Source: Ignavibacteria bacterium (GTDB taxonomy: Bacteria; Bacteroidota; Ignavibacteria; Tepidaquicellales; OLB5). From it: a stretch of 58,128 nt of DNA. The notes beneath the pieces are model-generated. The model made no database searches. It was not told the DNA's origin and was given only the letters and a program-made list of their open reading frames with translations. A program made the position numbers and the translations under genes. Of the stretch, positions 52,447 to 58,128 are shown piece by piece. The stretch is from positions 1 through 58,128 of the forward strand of contig JBDTNV010000003.1 in assembly GCA_039933555.1 (NCBI GenBank), in the 5' to 3' direction. The first letter of the stretch is position 1. Each line of letters begins with the position of its first letter.

Positions 52447-54096
52447 ATGCTTAAACAACTTCTATTGGCAATTGTTTCCGTTTTTGTATTAAGTTCAGCT
52501 GTATTTTCAAGCAGCTGGAATGATACATTAACAGGAAATATCACCACAGTTAAAACTTTACAAAATAATAAAAGATATTTAATACTCGGGACAGTGTTCG
52601 TTGAACAGGGAGGTACACTTGTTATCCCTGCCGGGACACAGCTTTTTGGTGATAAAACTTCAAAAGCTTCAATTGTTGTAAAAAGAGGCGGGTATATCAA
52701 TGCTGTTGGCACTTTTGATGCGCCTATTATATTTACCAGCTCGCAGCCGGTAGGTTCAAAAAGCGCAGGTGACTGGGGCGGCATTATTCTTCTTGGTAAA
52801 GCAAGGATAAATACACCTACAGGTGCGGATACATTAGGTATTGAAGGTATTTCTCCTGCAGTATATTTCGGCGGGCAGACAGATAATGATAGCTCCGGTG
52901 TAATGAAATACTGCAGGATAGAGTATCCCGGTATTGCGCTTTCACCAAATAATGAGATCAATGGACTGACTTTTGGCGGTGTTGGCTCCAGGACAGTTAT
53001 TGATTATATTATGGTAAGCTATTCGGGTGATGATTCTTATGAATGGTTCGGAGGCACAGTAAATTGCACTCATTTAATAGCTTGCTATGCAGTTGATGAT
53101 GATTTTGATACCGATAACGGTTTCAGAGGAAACGTACAGTTCTGTCTGGATGTTAGAAATCCCAATATTGCGGATGTAAGCGGTTCTAACGGTTTTGAAT
53201 CAGATAACAATGCCACACCAAACTATAATGCTCCAAGAACTCAGCCTAATTTTTCAAATGTAACAATAGTTGGCCCGTTAAAAGACACAACATCTACAAT
53301 TAATCCAAATTTTACACGTGGTATTCATGACAGAAGAAATTCACTCATGTCAATTGCAAACAGTCTTATTATGGGCTGGCCAACCGCTGCTCTTCTGGAT
53401 GGTGCTGGCACTACATGCGCACTGCAGAATGACAGCTCAAGAATAAAATCAAATATTTTCTCAGGCTGTTACCAGGGATATAAATCAACAAATGCAGGCT
53501 GCAGTTTTGATGCTATAGTTTATATGTCAGGTAACAATACTTCCTACCCGATCAACTCTCTTATGCAGTTAACAGACCCATACGGCGCATATTCAACAGG
53601 TAATTATTCACCTGCTAATTTTAATCCAGCCGCAGGTTCACCTGCTCTTACCGGCTCAAACTTCACATATCCGGGCTTTAATAATTTTGTTAATACTACA
53701 TACAGGGGCGCATTCAGCCAGAATGATACATGGGCTAACACATGGACAAACTTCAGGCCTGATACTGTAAATTACAAATTAGGGCCAATTGGAATTCAGC
53801 CTATAAGCAATGTTGTACCTAAATCATTCAGCTTACAGCAGAACTATCCCAATCCGTTCAACCCTTCAACAAAGATCAGCTTTAATGTTGCATCAAACGG
53901 ATTTGCAAAGCTTGTTATATTTGATGTTCTTGGCAGAGAAGTTGCATCGCTTGTAAATGAAAATTTAAAGGCAGGCGAGTACGCTGTGAATTTCAACGCA
54001 TCAAACTTACCAAGCGGTGTTTATTTGTACAGGTTAACTCTTAGCGGTGATAAAGCATCGTTTACTTCAACAAAGAGGCTTATTTTGGTCAAGTAA
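52447..54096 (+). CDS. T9SS cargo: uncharacterised secreted protein
   Basis: Signal peptide. GDWGGIILLGKARIN, INGLTFGGVGSRTVIDYIMVSYSGDDSYEWFGG, NGFESDNN. CTD QQNYPNPFNPSTKISF..GVYLYRL. TAAATTTG motif at 52381-52388. Confidence 0.75.
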   Translation: MLKQLLLAIVSVFVLSSAVFSSSWNDTLTGNITTVKTLQNNKRYLILGTVFVEQGGTLVIPAGTQLFGDKTSKASIVVKRGGYINAVGTFDAPIIFTSSQPVGSKSAGDWGGIILLGKARINTPTGADTLGIEGISPAVYFGGQTDNDSSGVMKYCRIEYPGIALSPNNEINGLTFGGVGSRTVIDYIMVSYSGDDSYEWFGGTVNCTHLIACYAVDDDFDTDNGFRGNVQFCLDVRNPNIADVSGSNGFESDNNATPNYNAPRTQPNFSNVTIVGPLKDTTSTINPNFTRGIHDRRNSLMSIANSLIMGWPTAALLDGAGTTCALQNDSSRIKSNIFSGCYQGYKSTNAGCSFDAIVYMSGNNTSYPINSLMQLTDPYGAYSTGNYSPANFNPAAGSPALTGSNFTYPGFNNFVNTTYRGAFSQNDTWANTWTNFRPDTVNYKLGPIGIQPISNVVPKSFSLQQNYPNPFNPSTKISFNVASNGFAKLVIFDVLGREVASLVNENLKAGEYAVNFNASNLPSGVYLYRLTLSGDKASFTSTKRLILVK

Positions 54097-54135
54097 AATC
54101 TTATTAAAAAACTGATTTTTTTAAAGAAATCATTT

Positions 54136-54162
54136 AAAACCCCGTTTAAACGGGGTTTTTTA
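54136..54162 (+). terminator. rho-independent terminator
   Basis: aaaaCCCCG-tttaaa-CGGGGtttttt. Confidence 0.8.
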
Positions 54163-54249
54163 TTATACATTAAAATTTGATTTTCATCTAAATTTCTGTT
54201 AATTTAGCGTATACAAATGTAATATTTTTCATTAATAAAGGAGAAAAAA

Positions 54250-55113
54250 ATGAAAATGACAAAGTTTACTATTTTGCTTTTATTATTATCGTTCATAGCT
54301 ATAAATACATCAGAAGCGCAGGTTAAAACGACATCTAAGAATTGGAAATCACCAACCTTTACAATTGAGATCGCACCAAATTTCACATTACCTATTCAGG
54401 AAGCTAAGGGAAATTCAATTGGAGAATTTTTCCAGTTCAAGAATTACGGAACTAAGATTGGCTTCGGAACATCTTTCAATTTCAAATTTGGACTTGGGGC
54501 ACAGGGTCAGTACAGGCCATATCTTACTTTAGGTTACACACAGCTTCAGGCTAAAGATGATGGTAATATATTTATTGATTCTAATATTATAAGGTCCACA
54601 TATCCTTTAAATGGAAACAGGATTACCTATGATCCAAATAACGTAAGATCTGGTAAATCTGAAATGTTTCTGCGCATTCCATATATTGGCGCAGGATTCG
54701 AATATGCTGTTACCACTGTTGACAAGAAAAAAAGAATGTGGTACCCGTTCTTTGGAGTTGAGTTTCTTGCAAGCATTATTACCGGTGTTTACAGGCAGAC
54801 AAGCAGCAATGTTCCTGTTGCTCCCGGAGTTGAAACTGCTTATACAATTAAAAGCGATCTCAGGATAGGTTTAGGCGCAGGACTTGGCGCGACAGTAAGA
54901 TTCGGTAAATCAGCAGGCATAGTTTTTGGAGCAAAATATAAGCTGTTCAATCTTATTGGTAAAAAATCTGACCAGTCTAATGAAGAAAATAAAATGAATT
55001 TACTGGATAAGTCAGCAACCAATCTGAATAGTAATATATCAAAGGATAGGAATATTGGGGCTATAGAATTCTATCTTGGCGCTTCGATTTTCCTTGGTAA
55101 ATCAAAGAAATAA
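54250..55113 (+). CDS. outer-membrane beta-barrel protein
   Basis: aaggag RBS. Signal peptide. Alternating-strand pattern with G/A-rich turns. 287 aa. Confidence 0.65.
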   Translation: MKMTKFTILLLLLSFIAINTSEAQVKTTSKNWKSPTFTIEIAPNFTLPIQEAKGNSIGEFFQFKNYGTKIGFGTSFNFKFGLGAQGQYRPYLTLGYTQLQAKDDGNIFIDSNIIRSTYPLNGNRITYDPNNVRSGKSEMFLRIPYIGAGFEYAVTTVDKKKRMWYPFFGVEFLASIITGVYRQTSSNVPVAPGVETAYTIKSDLRIGLGAGLGATVRFGKSAGIVFGAKYKLFNLIGKKSDQSNEENKMNLLDKSATNLNSNISKDRNIGAIEFYLGASIFLGKSKK

Positions 55114-55131
55114 TCATTCAATAATTTTTTT

Positions 55132-56382
55132 TCAAACCCCGTCCGGTATACTCTCGACGGGGTTTTCTTTTACTTTCCTGAACAAAAAGAACCCTGCGAT
55201 AAAGAATATTAAAATAGAAATTACCGCATATCTTTGATTTCCTGTCAGCCATGATACCAGGCCGAAAGTAAGCGGACCGAGTATTGTTGATGTTTTTTCG
55301 AACAGGCTGTAGAATCCGTAAAATTCTGTTTTCTTTTCTTCCGGTATCAATCTTCCAAAGAAGCTTCTTGATAGCGCTTGTGATGAACCAAGGAACGTTC
55401 CAGCAAATGCTCCGATAATCAGGAATGTGGTTTTATCATTTGCAAAGAATACCATCAGGGTTAAAACCGCCCAGCTAACAATAATGAACAAGATAGTTTT
55501 CTTTGTCCCAACCTTATCTGCTATCCACCCGAATAAGAAAGAACCCAAAAGCGCAGTAACCTGTACAATTATGAAAAATAAAATAAGATCTTTAATTTCA
55601 AAATTCAGCGTAGTTTGCGCAAAATTTGCAGAAAAGAAAATTATTGTATTTACTCCATCTATATAAAGAAAGTATGATAACAGAAATATCCTGATATTTC
55701 TGAAATTCCTGATATGCCTTATTGTATCCATGGTTCTTTGAAACCCGATTGAAAGGAAATTCAGACTGCTGTTGGGTACAGGTTTTGATCTTTCCTTAAC
55801 AAACAGGAATATCGGGATAGAAAACACCAGGAACATTACTGCACAGGCAAGAAAAGTTAACCGGGGGGTATCCTGCAAAACCAATACTGCAGCCAGGGAA
55901 GCAAGTGAACCTAAATAACCGATTGCATAACCAAAGGAAGAAACTTTGTTGTAGTTTTCAAATGTAGATATTTCTTTAATGAACGCGTCGTAAAACCCAA
56001 GCCCCGCCTGGAAGCCAATATTTGCCAGGATGAATAATACCATTCCCCACAATATCATACCTTCGGTAATGAAATATAATAGGGCAGTAGCAACTATACA
56101 TAAGAAGGTGAAGAAGAACAAGTATTTTTTTTTGCTGCTGTAATAATCACTTGCAGCGCCAAGTACCGGGCTTAATACTGCAACGAGTATCATAGAAATA
56201 TTAATTGCTGTTGACCAGTAAAGATCGGCAATGGGAAGATTTGAGGCAACAACCTTCTTAAAATAAATTGCATATACAAATGCGACAATTATTGTTGCAA
56301 AGGTAGAGTTCGCGAAATCGAATAGCGACCAGTTAAAAACATCTTTAGTAAGCCATCTGCTTTTATTTGAAGGTGTTTCCAT
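55132..56382 (-). CDS. MFS transporter, UMF1/Atg22-like family
   Basis: N-terminus WSLFDFANSTFATIIVAFVYAIYF is typical of UMF1. About 12 TM helices, 416 aa. Confidence 0.75.
   Translation of the reverse strand: METPSNKSRWLTKDVFNWSLFDFANSTFATIIVAFVYAIYFKKVVASNLPIADLYWSTAINISMILVAVLSPVLGAASDYYSSKKKYLFFFTFLCIVATALLYFITEGMILWGMVLFILANIGFQAGLGFYDAFIKEISTFENYNKVSSFGYAIGYLGSLASLAAVLVLQDTPRLTFLACAVMFLVFSIPIFLFVKERSKPVPNSSLNFLSIGFQRTMDTIRHIRNFRNIRIFLLSYFLYIDGVNTIIFFSANFAQTTLNFEIKDLILFFIIVQVTALLGSFLFGWIADKVGTKKTILFIIVSWAVLTLMVFFANDKTTFLIIGAFAGTFLGSSQALSRSFFGRLIPEEKKTEFYGFYSLFEKTSTILGPLTFGLVSWLTGNQRYAVISILIFFIAGFFLFRKVKENPVESIPDGV
55135..55170 (+). terminator. rho-independent terminator overlapping the 3' end of the convergent MFS gene
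   Basis: AACCCCGTC-12 nt-GACGGGGTTttctttt. Confidence 0.6.
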
Positions 56383-56421
56383 TGCCTAAAACTGTTTATT
56401 TAATATAATGAAAGGGTGTTC

Positions 56422-56889
56422 TCAGGTTACAGGCTGTCTTTTGCCTGTTATCAAACCTTTACCCTTCTTAGTGATCAGCTTTTCCCTTTGCAGCTTCTCA
56501 AGGATAGCATCAAGAACTCCATTGACAAATTTGCCTGAATTTCTTGTGCTGAAGTCCTTGGCAATATCAATAGATTCATTAATTGAAACTTTTGGAGGGA
56601 TGTCTTCGAAATGAAAAAACTCGGTAAGGCACATTTTGATTATTATCGCATCAATTAAAGCGATACGTTCCATATCCCAGTTATCTACTGTTTGGGTTAT
56701 GATAGTCTCATACTTTTCATCATTATCTATAGTTTGCCTGATAAGCTCTTCACAGAATTTCCTGTCGTCTTTCTTATCAATATCTTCAAGCTGCTGTTGT
56801 TTAATCTGTTCGATAGGATCACCGGTGAGCTTGAATGCATAAAGAGCCTGAAGCGCTCTTTCACGTAAATGTCTTCTTGTTAATGCCAT
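56422..56889 (-). CDS. nusB: transcription antitermination factor NusB
   Basis: RRHLRERALQALYAF.., ..RIALIDAIIIKMCLTEF.., SINESIDIAKDFS...SGKFVNGVLD. Confidence 0.9.
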   Translation of the reverse strand: MALTRRHLRERALQALYAFKLTGDPIEQIKQQQLEDIDKKDDRKFCEELIRQTIDNDEKYETIITQTVDNWDMERIALIDAIIIKMCLTEFFHFEDIPPKVSINESIDIAKDFSTRNSGKFVNGVLDAILEKLQREKLITKKGKGLITGKRQPVT

Positions 56890-56903
56890 TTTACAAAGAT
56901 AAA

Positions 56904-57980
56904 TTAACCAATGCCAAATAACCAGAACAAAATTACTGCGAAACTTTCCTTAATACAGAAATTTAACGATGATTCACTCGATAGCGGAGTATCTGATGCT
57001 ACTGTATAAGCATTTATCCCGAAGAACTTGCAAATCTGCTTTGTCCTTAAGAGGTGGAAGTTATCGCTGATAATTACAATTTCTTTCCAATTATTCTTTT
57101 TGTAAAGATTATTATTTAAATACAGAATCTGTTCAAGGGTTGAGTTAGATTTGTTTTCTATAAAGATATTTCTCTCAGGTACACCTTTTTTAAGCAGCTC
57201 ATTTTTAGAAACATCGGCTTCTGTCATTTCGCCCGGTGCGCCGCCGCCGGTTAAGATGATATTTTTTATTATTCCAGACGCATATAGTTCATAGCCTTTG
57301 TTGATTCTCTCTCTTAATACCGGTGATGGACGGTTGCCTCCCCAGACTGCCGCACCGAGCACTGTCCCCGCATCAACGGTCTTTTTGTTATCCCTGAGTA
57401 TCGCCGAGTCATCATTGTAATTATATGCGAATAAAAAGACTATTGAGTATGCAGCCGCCATTATAAGTATGGTTATCCAGATACTTCTGAAGATGTAAAA
57501 TTTCATCAGGACTGTAAATGAAATTACACATGCAGATACCGCAATAAACATATGCATTATCGCAAATAGAGAAAGAGAAATAGTTTGTATACCCTTTTGT
57601 GAAAGCGTAACCAGGTTTTCGTAGAAAGTCTCCCTGGGAATTCTGCCCTGGAAAAACGCGAAAGCAAGAAGCAGCAGGGATATAACAGAAATGATCACTA
57701 AAGACCTTAAGGCTCCTTTACTGACCTTCTGTGACTGAAGAGAAATATTTATTATTGCGATTATTGCTATTAAGCAGATTGTTATCCAGAATAAATTACC
57801 GGTGTACAGAATATTAAACCCGCTGAGGAAATCAGAAATGAAACTTCTTGAAAGCATTGTTGTATATTGAGAATTGATCCAGTATTTATATGCTTCCATA
57901 AAAAAAAGCACAAATATTTCATAACCAATCAGCCAAATGATAGTTAATTTGTTTCCTGAGCCTTTTTTAGTGTTTTCCAA
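56904..57980 (-). CDS. DUF218 (YdcF/ElyC/SanA-like) domain protein with N-terminal multi-TM region
   Basis: C-terminal IILTGGGAPGEMTEADVSKNELLKKGVPERNIFIENKSNSTLEQ and VIISDNFHLLR. The TTG start is uncertain. Confidence 0.7.
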   Translation of the reverse strand: MENTKKGSGNKLTIIWLIGYEIFVLFFMEAYKYWINSQYTTMLSRSFISDFLSGFNILYTGNLFWITICLIAIIAIINISLQSQKVSKGALRSLVIISVISLLLLAFAFFQGRIPRETFYENLVTLSQKGIQTISLSLFAIMHMFIAVSACVISFTVLMKFYIFRSIWITILIMAAAYSIVFLFAYNYNDDSAILRDNKKTVDAGTVLGAAVWGGNRPSPVLRERINKGYELYASGIIKNIILTGGGAPGEMTEADVSKNELLKKGVPERNIFIENKSNSTLEQILYLNNNLYKKNNWKEIVIISDNFHLLRTKQICKFFGINAYTVASDTPLSSESSLNFCIKESFAVILFWLFGIG

Positions 57981-58068
57981 ATAATAATATCAAAAAATTT
58001 AATCAATGCATAATATAAATATAAAACCAAAGTAAAAAGTTTCCGAATTTATTAGCTTAACCGCAAAA

Positions 58069-58128
58069 TTACCATCCAAGCAGCCATGCGAACATTAAAG
58101 GAGCTACAATAGTAGCATCACTTTCAAC
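58069..58128 (-). CDS. 3' end of an unidentified gene (continues beyond the window)
   Basis: The minus-strand frame is open from the window edge: ..VESDATIVAPLMFAWLLGW*. The stop is the complement of 58069-58071. Confidence 0.35.
   Translation of the reverse strand, partial: VESDATIVAPLMFAWLLGW

Noticed and set aside
52419-52961. 180-aa minus-strand ORF overlapping the start of 52447..54096
   Set aside because: It is antisense to a gene supported by a signal peptide, conserved motifs and a T9SS CTD. Its own sequence is low-complexity with no motifs or start context.
1-58128. tRNA, rRNA, tmRNA, transposase, integrase or known defence-system genes
   Set aside because: I inspected the intergenic regions larger than 150 nt and all ORFs of 60 aa or more and found no cloverleaf-like or rRNA-like sequence and no DDE, tyrosine or serine recombinase, Cas, RM, TA or Abi-like motifs. 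A proper tRNAscan, Infernal or DefenseFinder run would be needed to exclude them formally.

Overview
58.1-kb AT-rich bacterial chromosomal segment. It most likely comes from an FCB-group organism (Ignavibacteria/Bacteroidota-like). The basis is nine genes ending in the T9SS C-terminal sorting domain (..QNYPNPFNP[VT]TKI..GVYFY..KMxLxK*), four TonB-dependent receptors (three with CarboxypepD_reg-type N-termini), TAnnTTTG-type promoter motifs and frequent TTG starts. Phylum assignment is inference.

Content:
- **Housekeeping genes:** ctc-pth, membrane H+-pyrophosphatase, ppdK, ptsN-like EIIA, nth, nusB, a GT9 heptosyltransferase and a thioredoxin-like protein.
- **Co-directional membrane module (13.1-17.7 kb):** ABC-2 exporter, two paralogous unknown membrane proteins, a wHTH regulator, a TMEM175-like channel and a 2TM protein.
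- **Accessory island (32.9-44.3 kb):** seven back-to-back T9SS cargo genes. Four are Omp28-like thioredoxin-fold paralogs with CxxC motifs. The others are an HExxH protein, an SBBP beta-propeller and a BNR/Ycf48-like propeller.

Things the gene list does not explain:
1. A ~51-nt element starting at the stop codon of five T9SS cargo genes. It is more conserved than the coding sequence just upstream, and two loci carry tandem stubs.
2. Inverted arrays of AAnGTnA heptamers bracketing a four-helix-bundle (23S-IVS-type) gene and its neighbour. Four in-frame heptamers also lie inside a T9SS CTD coding region.
3. GC-rich or perfect hairpins with TAAA-type loops at three loci, and a hairpin-dense 250-nt spacer.
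4. Three decayed or interrupted genes.
5. A ComEA-HhH domain fused to a probable OM beta-barrel.
6. A Lys-rich tail on PPDK.

I saw no rRNA, tRNA, CRISPR array, transposase, integrase or recognisable defence system. All homology calls come from motif recognition by eye, not from searches.
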